A stretch of DNA of 64,000 nucleotides from Candidatus Melainabacteria bacterium 17Bon1m (GTDB lineage Bacteria; Cyanobacteriota; Vampirovibrionia; Obscuribacterales; Obscuribacteraceae). Positions 9,480-17,120 of the stretch are shown here, in pieces (positions within the stretch are counted from its first letter, which is position 1; every line of letters begins with the position of its first letter). The DNA lies in the NCBI GenBank assembly GCA_032128875.1, contig JAVLKG010000003.1, positions 609,008 to 673,007 of the forward strand. The letters are read 5' to 3'. A model generated the notes under the pieces. It had not been told where the DNA came from. It ran no database searches and saw only the letters and a list, made by a program, of their open reading frames with translations. Both the position numbers and the translations under genes were made by a program.

Positions 9480-10790
9480 TTAAGGTGTCATTCGGTTGAT
9501 GTCGCGCGGAAAAAGTGCGGCCAATTTTACGGACGGCAAGCCGAGCAATTGTTTTGCAATGCGCTCCAAGCCGATGGCAAAACCACCGTGTGGAGGCATT
9601 CCATATTGGAAGCACTGCAAGTAGTCCTTGAACGCTTCTGGATCCAACCCTCTTGCCTGCATTGCGCAGACCAGCTCTTCATGTCTGTGTATGCGCTGTC
9701 CGCCGGTGGTGATTTCCAACCCGCGGAAGAGCAAGTCGAAGCTGCGGCTAGACATTTCCGTTTCGGTCGGCAATGGCATGGCATAAAATGGCCTCACGCT
9801 GAGCGGATATCCGGTGATGAAGACCAGATCCGAATTTTCCGTTTTGTGGAAGTGTTCGCAAATGATCTTCTCGCCTTCTGGGTCGAGGTCGGTTTTTTCC
9901 TGAGTGCCTTTTTTCTGATAGCTGTTGATGATCTCGACAGCTTCGGCCAGCGTAACACGAGGAATGGTGCCGATTTGCGGTATCTTGGCGCCCCACAATG
10001 CAAGTTCGTCGGCACAAGATTGAGAGACCTTCTCGAACATATGTTTGACCAACTTGTTGAGTAAGTCCATCAGGTCGTGCTCGTTTTCGATGAACCCCAT
10101 CTCGACGTCCATGCTGATATATTCGTTGAGATGACGGGTTGTATCGTGCTCTTCGGCGCGATAGACCGGAGCAATCTCAAAAACTCGCTCCAGTGCGCCG
10201 ACCATAATCTGCTTGTAGAACTGCGGGCTTTGCGCGAGAAAAGCTTCTCTGCCGAAGTAGTTGAGCTTGAAGAGCTGTGCGCCACCTTCGGTTCCAGTTG
10301 CAACAATCTTGGGAGAGTGAATCTCGGTGAATTGCCTGTCGCGCAAAAATTCGCGGAATGCTTCACAGAAAACAGCTTCTATCTTGAAGATTGAGCGTAC
10401 TTTCGGACTGCGCAATGTGAGCGGACGGTAGTCGAGCATGGTCGAAAGCGACAGTCCATCGACTTTGCTTTGTTTTCCGATTTCTACTGGAAGCGATTGT
10501 GCAGGCGTTGAGAGCAGCGTCAATTTCTTCAGTTGAATTTCGAAACCTTGTCCCTGAGGGCGCGCAACGACCACACCCTCTGCGATGACAGGCGTCTCTG
10601 GTGCTGCTTGTCCCACGACAGCAAGCACCTCTTGCTCATCAGCAACCAACTGCACACTGCCGTCCATGTCTCTGATTACGACAAAGGCGAGGTTGCCCAT
10701 GTCTCTCAGAGACTGGATGTGACCGTGTATACGCACGGTGGCTCCCGTGTGTTTCGACAGCTGGCTAGAGCTGATTTCTTCTGTCATCAT
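9480..10790 (-). CDS. aspS: Aspartate--tRNA(Asp/Asn) ligase, archaeal-type, probably non-discriminating
   Basis: 436 aa, too short to carry the bacterial GAD insert; RDMG, TEGGA, LAQSPQFYKQ, YRAEEHDTTRHLNEY, GMPPHGGFAIGLER, FPRD; RBS AAGGAG. Confidence 0.93.
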   Translation of the reverse strand: MMTEEISSSQLSKHTGATVRIHGHIQSLRDMGNLAFVVIRDMDGSVQLVADEQEVLAVVGQAAPETPVIAEGVVVARPQGQGFEIQLKKLTLLSTPAQSLPVEIGKQSKVDGLSLSTMLDYRPLTLRSPKVRSIFKIEAVFCEAFREFLRDRQFTEIHSPKIVATGTEGGAQLFKLNYFGREAFLAQSPQFYKQIMVGALERVFEIAPVYRAEEHDTTRHLNEYISMDVEMGFIENEHDLMDLLNKLVKHMFEKVSQSCADELALWGAKIPQIGTIPRVTLAEAVEIINSYQKKGTQEKTDLDPEGEKIICEHFHKTENSDLVFITGYPLSVRPFYAMPLPTETEMSSRSFDLLFRGLEITTGGQRIHRHEELVCAMQARGLDPEAFKDYLQCFQYGMPPHGGFAIGLERIAKQLLGLPSVKLAALFPRDINRMTP

Positions 10791-10829
10791 GACCTTACTC
10801 CTTGTGGTTTTTGGTTAGGTTTTCGTCGT

Positions 10830-10864
10830 AAAAGAAAAACCGCAAGAACCTTGATTCTTGCGGT
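10830..10864 (-). terminator. Attenuator terminator in the aspS leader
   Basis: ACCGCAAGAA-TCAAGG-TTCTTGCGGT then TTTTCTTTT, ending ~40 nt before the aspS start. Confidence 0.88.
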
Positions 10865-10925
10865 CGTAAAGCTTTTTGGTCGTTGCCTGTTTTTACTAGG
10901 TGTGCCGCCTTACTAACCGCAAGAA
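10855..10925 (-). promoter_or_regulatory. Antiterminator of the aspS attenuator
   Basis: TTCTTGCGGTTAGTAAGGC (10925-10907) pairs with GCTTTACGACCGCAAGAA (10872-10855): 18 bp with two G-U pairs and one bulge, sequestering the terminator 5' arm. Confidence 0.8.
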
Positions 10926-11102
10926 GCGATTATTATCGTTGTCGTTATTATTATTGTTGTCGACAAAGGCGGGCGATGCGGCGCCGACCATACCCTTGAG
11001 AGGCAGGCGGGAAGGCGCTTTTGCGGTGATTGAATGTACCGGCATCTGATTACCTGAATTACTGTTTTGTATCCACATATAGTGGATTGTGAGTGCGCGC
11101 AT
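10896..11102 (-). CDS. Asp/Asn-rich leader peptide of aspS (68 aa)
   Basis: AGAGGG SD ~9 nt before ATG 11102; DNNNNNDNDNN run at 10961-10929; TAG at 10898-10896. Confidence 0.75.
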   Translation of the reverse strand: MRALTIHYMWIQNSNSGNQMPVHSITAKAPSRLPLKGMVGAASPAFVDNNNNNDNDNNRFLRLVRRHT

Positions 11103-11123
11103 TTGCAACGCCCTCTTTGCTGA

Positions 11124-11152
11124 ATGCTACCGCCGCCATTAGCAGGCGTCAA
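11124..11152 (-). promoter_or_regulatory. Sigma70-type promoter of the aspS leader
   Basis: TTGACG-N17-TAGCAT. Confidence 0.7.
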
Positions 11153-11239
11153 TAGTTTGTGAAATCGGAAACCTGAACTGTTATTAGTCTGTACCAGTCA
11201 GCCAGTTTTGATCTGGTCCGGTATGCAGCGCTAAGGTCA

Positions 11240-12655
11240 TTAGTCGGTTTCAGTTTTTGGTGCTGCTGGTTGGGCTTCGCCTTCACGAGCCAGTTTGCTC
11301 TGATCATCAAGCGAACGCTTCAAATCAAGAGAAATCCAGTCGAAGATAGTGCGATTGCCTTCTGTCGGATTCAACTGATCTTTCAGATGTTTTGTGCCGC
11401 GTAGGGGCTTGTAGCCATCTATGAAAGTGAGGTGATCGATGTTGCGGAAGACACGCGCAGTGCGCACATCAGTCAACGATTTGATACTGGCGACGTCCGA
11501 TTCTTTAGCCAGCGGCATCGAACCGATTACCGAGTTCGGCAGGCACAGAGCGCTCTGCAACGGTGTTATGCCGTCGTTGAGACCGTAGACATATTTCGTT
11601 TTCGCCTTTTCTGTAGCAGATGGATTGCAGACAACCGTCGTTATTTCGCGGTTGAGCATTCGCAATACAGGGTGCTCCAAAGCAAAGTGAGAAGGCACTT
11701 TCAGAGTGAAGAAAGTGTACGGAGCCATGACTCCGCGCTCGATAAACCGCTCTGCTTTCGGCATCAAATAAGGGTTGAGCAAGTATCCGCCGTAAGCAAC
11801 AATTTTCTTCTTGTTGATCGGGCGAGCGTTAAGAGCGAGAAGTTCTCTGTTCTCAGCTTCTGCCACTGTCAGCTTGCCGCTTGGTCCGAAGGGCAGTCTG
11901 GACTTGAACATGCCCACTTCCGGAACGCTCGTGTCAGCGTTGTCCCAGCGCAAATCTGTCATTAACACTGAATTGCGCTTGAAGTAAACGCGATAGGCAA
12001 TGCTATGGTCGATGCGAGTCCAAGGGAAGCAGAGGTTTTTGTAGACACCGTACTGCAGCCAGTCTGTCGAAAATAGCGGCGAGCCGTGGAAAGGAACGCC
12101 GAAGGCCATAAAGAGTTTGATCTTGTCTTCAGTGTCCTTATCGGAGAATGCTTCGTAAGCGACATTACCGCCCATGCTTAAAGCCATCATCGTGATGGGG
12201 CGATTGTTTGTCAGTGTATAAAGCTTGGCAATGACGTTGCGCAATTCCGGCACGGTTTTATCCAACTTGTCTGATGTTGAATAGCGGGCCATGTATATTT
12301 TGAATTGCTTGTCGAGCTGCTGGTCTTCCTTTATGTGCTTGATAACTTTAGTCCAGCGGAAATTGCGGTGAGTCTCACCGTGCAAGCCATGAACCATAAG
12401 CAGAGGTTGGCGATCGCCGAGAGGGGAACTATCATATTCGTAGAGAGTCGCCACCTCAGGCTTCACTCGAAGCTGCTTTAATGTAGGCATAGGAGGCAAT
12501 GCTGACTGCACTACCGGTTGAACCGCTTCAAACTTTTCAGCCGAGCTCGTCAACATTTTTTTCGCCGACTCAGCCCCAAATGCAGACGATGAGAACGTCA
12601 CCGCGCATAACATGGTGGATGCCAAGATGGTTTGAAATCTCGCACTTTGGTACAT
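11240..12655 (-). CDS. Secreted alpha/beta hydrolase (lipase/esterase-like)
   Basis: Signal peptide, MVHGLHG, ALSMGG nucleophile elbow, PFHGSP, NDGIT, IDHL. Confidence 0.75.
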   Translation of the reverse strand: MYQSARFQTILASTMLCAVTFSSSAFGAESAKKMLTSSAEKFEAVQPVVQSALPPMPTLKQLRVKPEVATLYEYDSSPLGDRQPLLMVHGLHGETHRNFRWTKVIKHIKEDQQLDKQFKIYMARYSTSDKLDKTVPELRNVIAKLYTLTNNRPITMMALSMGGNVAYEAFSDKDTEDKIKLFMAFGVPFHGSPLFSTDWLQYGVYKNLCFPWTRIDHSIAYRVYFKRNSVLMTDLRWDNADTSVPEVGMFKSRLPFGPSGKLTVAEAENRELLALNARPINKKKIVAYGGYLLNPYLMPKAERFIERGVMAPYTFFTLKVPSHFALEHPVLRMLNREITTVVCNPSATEKAKTKYVYGLNDGITPLQSALCLPNSVIGSMPLAKESDVASIKSLTDVRTARVFRNIDHLTFIDGYKPLRGTKHLKDQLNPTEGNRTIFDWISLDLKRSLDDQSKLAREGEAQPAAPKTETD

Positions 12656-12768
12656 AGCGTAGTTACCGGTTAGTGGAAGCCCCTTACTAATGGCTCAAAA
12701 AGCCATAAATTAGAACCACATTAACAAATTTAAGACAGAAATAGAACCCGTTGGAAAGCGAGATCACT

Positions 12769-14034
12769 ATGGCTAAGTCCAATTTCCGCATTGCCTTCTT
12801 CTACTCCGATACCGGAGGTGGGCACAGGAGTGCGTTCAACGCCATTGAAGCGGCGGTGAAAGAACTGATTGCACGCGATTCCCGCGGATACACATTTGAA
12901 TTGAGTTCCGACACTATTGTTGAAAAGAGCCATCCGATAAACAAAAAGTTTGTCGAACTTTACAACTACCTGCTAGGGCACAAGCAGGAATGGATGAAGT
13001 ACTACTACTGGTTTATCCAGACTTTCAAGCCGAACGATTCAGAACTGGGTTACCTGATTGTAAAACGCTATCTGAGCAAGCTTTTCGCGGAATCAGAGCC
13101 GGACGTGATTGTTTCGGTTCATCCAATGACCAATCAATATGTTGCTCGTGTTCTTAAGGATCTGGGAATGGACGAGCGCGTCAAGCTTTTGACGGTCGTA
13201 ACCGACCCCAACGGCAACTTCTGGCGTGGATGGGCATGCCCGGATTCTGCTTTGACAGTTGTTCCTAACTCTCTGTCCAAACAGCAATTAGTTGAATGGG
13301 GCGTGCCGGCAGAAAAGATTCGGATCGTCGGAATGCCAGTCAATCCGCAATTCTTGAAGCCACCAAAAACCACCCGTAAAGAGTTTATGGAGTCACTCGG
13401 TCTGGATGGCGAAAAGACCACAATTTTCCTTAACGCAGGTTGGGCCGGCGGTGGCAACATGCTGGACATGTATCACCAGTTGAGCAAGACCAAGAAGGAC
13501 ATTCAAATAATCTTTCTGTGCGGGCGCAACGAAGAGCTCTACAACAAGGTTAAGAATGCCGCATCACAGAGTCCTGTACCGACCGCGGTCATGCCTTACT
13601 ACGACAGTTTGGCTGACATCATGTCTCATGTGGATTTGATGGTCACCAAGGCTGGCGGACTTACTACTTTCGAAGCTATTGCTAAGAAATTGCCTCTGGT
13701 TTTTGACACAATCACTGCTCCTATGCCTCAAGAAATGGGTACCGTTCAACTTCTCGTGAAAGAGAATTTGGCATACAAAGTCGAGAAGCCAGAAGATATT
13801 CTTCAAATCGTTGAGAATTTCAAGCCTATTGAAGACAGACAAAATTACAAGCTGCCGACTCGCTACAGCCTCGATCGCACCGAAGCAGTCTACGATATTG
13901 CTAGAATGATCCTTGGTTTCTGTGATCCGAGCTTTTCTCCTGTTTTCGATCCTGCCTCAGGCAGCGTTAGAGAGCCGGTACGTGCCGAATACGGCAAACA
14001 TGCAATGCTCGATATGCAGGGACAGACTACATAG
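12769..14034 (+). CDS. MGDG synthase/UgtP-family diacylglycerol glycosyltransferase (GT28)
   Basis: SDTGGGHRSA, PDVIVSVHP, TVVTD, GMPV.P.F, CGRN, MVTKAGG. Confidence 0.85.
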   Translation: MAKSNFRIAFFYSDTGGGHRSAFNAIEAAVKELIARDSRGYTFELSSDTIVEKSHPINKKFVELYNYLLGHKQEWMKYYYWFIQTFKPNDSELGYLIVKRYLSKLFAESEPDVIVSVHPMTNQYVARVLKDLGMDERVKLLTVVTDPNGNFWRGWACPDSALTVVPNSLSKQQLVEWGVPAEKIRIVGMPVNPQFLKPPKTTRKEFMESLGLDGEKTTIFLNAGWAGGGNMLDMYHQLSKTKKDIQIIFLCGRNEELYNKVKNAASQSPVPTAVMPYYDSLADIMSHVDLMVTKAGGLTTFEAIAKKLPLVFDTITAPMPQEMGTVQLLVKENLAYKVEKPEDILQIVENFKPIEDRQNYKLPTRYSLDRTEAVYDIARMILGFCDPSFSPVFDPASGSVREPVRAEYGKHAMLDMQGQTT

Positions 14035-14076
14035 ATCGCACTGGCGTGCTATCTAATCAGCAAGTGTCCTTTTGAG

Positions 14077-14814
14077 ATGAAACTGCACGTTCGAACATTT
14101 GAGTCCGACTTTAAACAGACAAAGTCGCATCCTGACGTTGTCCTGATCCATGGCACCGGCTCCAGCGGTGAGATGTGGAACAAGCAGCTTGAGTTTCTGC
14201 ACAGGCGCGGTCACAGAGCTTATGCATTCGACTTGCGCGGACATGGCTTAAGTGAAGAGCCTTTCGATATGACCGATCTGGAAGTCCACATTGCAGACGT
14301 CATGGAGACGCTTCAGAGCCTCGACCTCAATTTCCCTATTGTGTTCGTGGGGCACTCACTTGGTTCGATCTTGTCGGTGACCATTGCTGAGCGTCATCCT
14401 GAGATGGTTCAAAGAGTGTTTGCTGCCTCCTTGCCGGGGCGTGTACTGAAACCGATGGAAGTCGCTTTCCGTTGGTTTCTCAAAGGGGCTTTTCCACGAT
14501 TGCAAGCCATGGATTTTGGCGACAAACTTGCCTGGCGCGAGCGGACGTTGTTATCAACGAAAGTGCATACGCTAGAGCAGATCGTCGACAATTTCGGCGG
14601 CGTCAATTTCATCGACCGCAAAATTAACGTCGATTGTCCTGTTCATCTGTCCGTCGGCAGGTTCGATCCGGTAGCTCCATGTGTCTATGTAGAAAACATC
14701 CACAAGGCTTTACCAAAATCGACACTGAAGATTTACGAGTGGAGCGGACACAATTTTATGGATTTACAATTCGAGAGTTTCAACGGGTGGTTGCAACAGC
14801 ACCTCGATGAATAG
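14077..14814 (+). CDS. Alpha/beta fold hydrolase
   Basis: LIHG, FDLRGHG.S, GHSLG, G..D, SGH. Confidence 0.9.
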   Translation: MKLHVRTFESDFKQTKSHPDVVLIHGTGSSGEMWNKQLEFLHRRGHRAYAFDLRGHGLSEEPFDMTDLEVHIADVMETLQSLDLNFPIVFVGHSLGSILSVTIAERHPEMVQRVFAASLPGRVLKPMEVAFRWFLKGAFPRLQAMDFGDKLAWRERTLLSTKVHTLEQIVDNFGGVNFIDRKINVDCPVHLSVGRFDPVAPCVYVENIHKALPKSTLKIYEWSGHNFMDLQFESFNGWLQQHLDE

Positions 14815-14933
14815 AAGACGGAAAACGGCATTCCATCTGTTTGTTTAGAGAAAACTGCGCGCAGTTGGGTTGGTTGCTCTTTCGTTTCACACTTTGTTTA
14901 GTTGTTCTGTCTGATTATGAGTTGTCTGCCTTG

Positions 14934-15224
14934 TTAGGTTTTCTTTCCTTCGAACATCCAAAGATTGCTTGTAGTGCGGTCTTTCGACCGCTTGCTTTTT
15001 GATGTCTTCTTTTTCTTGTGAGCGATGAACTTCTTCTTTGGTTGTTTTTCACTGTAATTGAAACTGGAACCCATCTCACCCATCGAAGCATCGTTCGATT
15101 CTAGTGTTGGTGATGCCTCCGTGCGAACATCATGAACACCGCGAGCATGCACCTCCTGTGCGGCGATCAATAGAATGGACAAAGCGCTTGCGACAACGAG
15201 GAGTTTTTTGTTTGCTTTTTTCAT
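14934..15224 (-). CDS. Small secreted hypothetical protein with Lys-rich tail
   Basis: RBS AAGGAG, signal peptide. Confidence 0.65.
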   Translation of the reverse strand: MKKANKKLLVVASALSILLIAAQEVHARGVHDVRTEASPTLESNDASMGEMGSSFNYSEKQPKKKFIAHKKKKTSKSKRSKDRTTSNLWMFEGKKT

Positions 15225-15362
15225 AGGTCATCTCCTTGTGAAAATTCGTCTACACAGCAAGGCAAATTTGCCTCACAAATGTAGAAACGTAATTTCTGAC
15301 CAAAAAGTTCAAGCGCTTGACATTAAACCTTCAAAGCCTGGCCACTGGCGGGTTTTGCTTGT

Positions 15363-17120
15363 CTATTTTTTCGTCCGGTTCAACAATGCACTGACCAGGT
15401 CATATTCATTGAACGTTTTATTTCCGTGTTCTTTCACCCACAAAATCATCGGGCTGGCTTCTGCACCCTTATTGCTGGCCAGGAGGTCAAAAGCAACATA
15501 AGTCTTTGCTTCAGTCATTTTGTCGTTGTCTGTTGCAAATCGGAAAACCGCATCAGCACCTATCTGCCCCGCCATGTATCTGACGATTGGATACGGCCAT
15601 TTTTGCGGGTCGAGCATTTGAGCAGATTGAGTTACTAATGCAATTCTTTCTGGTTCATGTCCTAATTGTTTTCTGCAAATGGCAGCCATTATCACCGCAT
15701 ATGGTGCACACGGATCTTTCATTCCGACTTTTGCGAGTGTTTCCATGCACTGTTTATCACATTCTATGTAATCTGCTTGCATGAAGTAAGCGTACATTCT
15801 CCCGTTCATGGCTCCGACCAAATTCGGATCGAGCTTGATTGCGGTAGAGAAATCCTTGATTGCATCATCACACAAACCAAGATTCATATAAGAGTAGCCA
15901 CGGTGGCTAAAAGCATTGGCATTATCTGGAGATAGTCGAACAGCTTCAGAACTGTCCTCCAATGACTTCGAGACATCGTCCAGTCGGTCGTAAATTGAAG
16001 AACGCACCATGTATCCCTCACTGTCATTGGGTGCGGCAGCGACAGCCAGGTCGGCATATTTCAAAGCGTCTTGAAAGTGCCCCAGATCGTTCAGGCGCTT
16101 TGTTTTGAACAGAAGATACTTAGCCTCGTTCGGGCGGGTCTTCAGCGCTTCATCAATGTCAGCAAGAGCTTTTTTATCGTCGCGAAGGGCGGCGTATGCG
16201 AATGCGCGCAAATAGTGCGCCCATGGATCATTTGGACTTTTCTGCAAAAGAACATCTAATAATTTGATGGCATCTGTTAGCTTGCCACTTTTCATTAGAG
16301 CTGTCGGTTCTTTGAACTCTGCAGGAGTTAGTGCTACGGATTGTGTTTTAATGAAGCTCTTCGTGTGTTCGTAGCTTAAATAGAAACCTCCGATCACAAG
16401 GGCCACTAACAGAGTAAGTCCTAAAAAATCTTTCTTCTTCCACTTCGGTTCGCCTTCAAAGTTAGGTGTAATCAGCACACTACATAAAAATCCAGCAGCC
16501 AGTCCGCCGAGGTGTGCCGCGTTATCGATGCCATTTTGAGTGAAGCCTTTGTACAAAACGTATGCAAGAAAGACGACCAAACTGGTCATGTGAGACTTTA
16601 GAAAATCTACTCTGTACCTGCTTCTATTTGCAATCAAGAATCCCATCCACAAACCGAGCATTCCAAATACAGCGCCAGAAGCGCCGGCAGATGTCTTCAA
16701 TGGATTTGAATAAATACTTGCAAGCGATGCGATTATTCCCGTGAAAAAGTAGGTGATCGTAAACTTTGGACTGCCGAATTGCCTTTCTACATTTGGACCC
16801 AGCTGACCAAGCACCCACATGTTCATAAAACAGTGAAGCAATCCGATGTGTACAAAAATGTTGGTAAGGATGCGCCAGTATTCTCCATTCATCGCTTTGA
16901 TGCCCTGATCGGCACCGAAGTTCATCAAAACCTGATTGCTGGGACCGAGAAGGGCTTGCGATCCCGTGAAAACAGCCATCACAGCAAACACGATGATGTT
17001 TGCGGCGATAAGCCCACCTGTCGCTGGAGTGATATATCCGGACTTAGACTCTTCTTTGCTGTCGCTTTCCAAAGTCAGTTCCTGGGCTTGAACTAAAGAT
17101 TCAGAACGTCCTTCAGCCAA
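15363..17120 (-). CDS. Rhomboid intramembrane serine protease fused to TPR domain
   Basis: WR, H...HCFMN, GASG catalytic Ser, AHLGG catalytic His, then TPR repeats. Confidence 0.9.
   Translation of the reverse strand: MAEGRSESLVQAQELTLESDSKEESKSGYITPATGGLIAANIIVFAVMAVFTGSQALLGPSNQVLMNFGADQGIKAMNGEYWRILTNIFVHIGLLHCFMNMWVLGQLGPNVERQFGSPKFTITYFFTGIIASLASIYSNPLKTSAGASGAVFGMLGLWMGFLIANRSRYRVDFLKSHMTSLVVFLAYVLYKGFTQNGIDNAAHLGGLAAGFLCSVLITPNFEGEPKWKKKDFLGLTLLVALVIGGFYLSYEHTKSFIKTQSVALTPAEFKEPTALMKSGKLTDAIKLLDVLLQKSPNDPWAHYLRAFAYAALRDDKKALADIDEALKTRPNEAKYLLFKTKRLNDLGHFQDALKYADLAVAAAPNDSEGYMVRSSIYDRLDDVSKSLEDSSEAVRLSPDNANAFSHRGYSYMNLGLCDDAIKDFSTAIKLDPNLVGAMNGRMYAYFMQADYIECDKQCMETLAKVGMKDPCAPYAVIMAAICRKQLGHEPERIALVTQSAQMLDPQKWPYPIVRYMAGQIGADAVFRFATDNDKMTEAKTYVAFDLLASNKGAEASPMILWVKEHGNKTFNEYDLVSALLNRTKK

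Noticed and set aside
9164-10064. ORFs 9164-9454 (-) and 9297-10064 (+)
   Set aside because: No recognisable motifs; the latter is largely antisense to aspS.
10929-10961. Simple (AAT)n microsatellite
   Set aside because: The run mixes AAT/AAC/GAC/GAT, varying only in ways that keep Asp or Asn, and sits in attenuator geometry.
10790-11120. T-box riboswitch upstream of aspS
   Set aside because: No GGTGGNACCGCG T-box sequence before the terminator and no recognisable Stem I motifs.
10913-11152. Alternative-frame ORF with TTIIITTTIII, resembling a thr-operon Thr/Ile leader
   Set aside because: Its TTG start is the -35 box itself, it has no in-frame ATG, the Ile codons in the run are nearly all rare ATA, and Thr/Ile has no link to aspS. 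It is a frame shadow of the D/N run.
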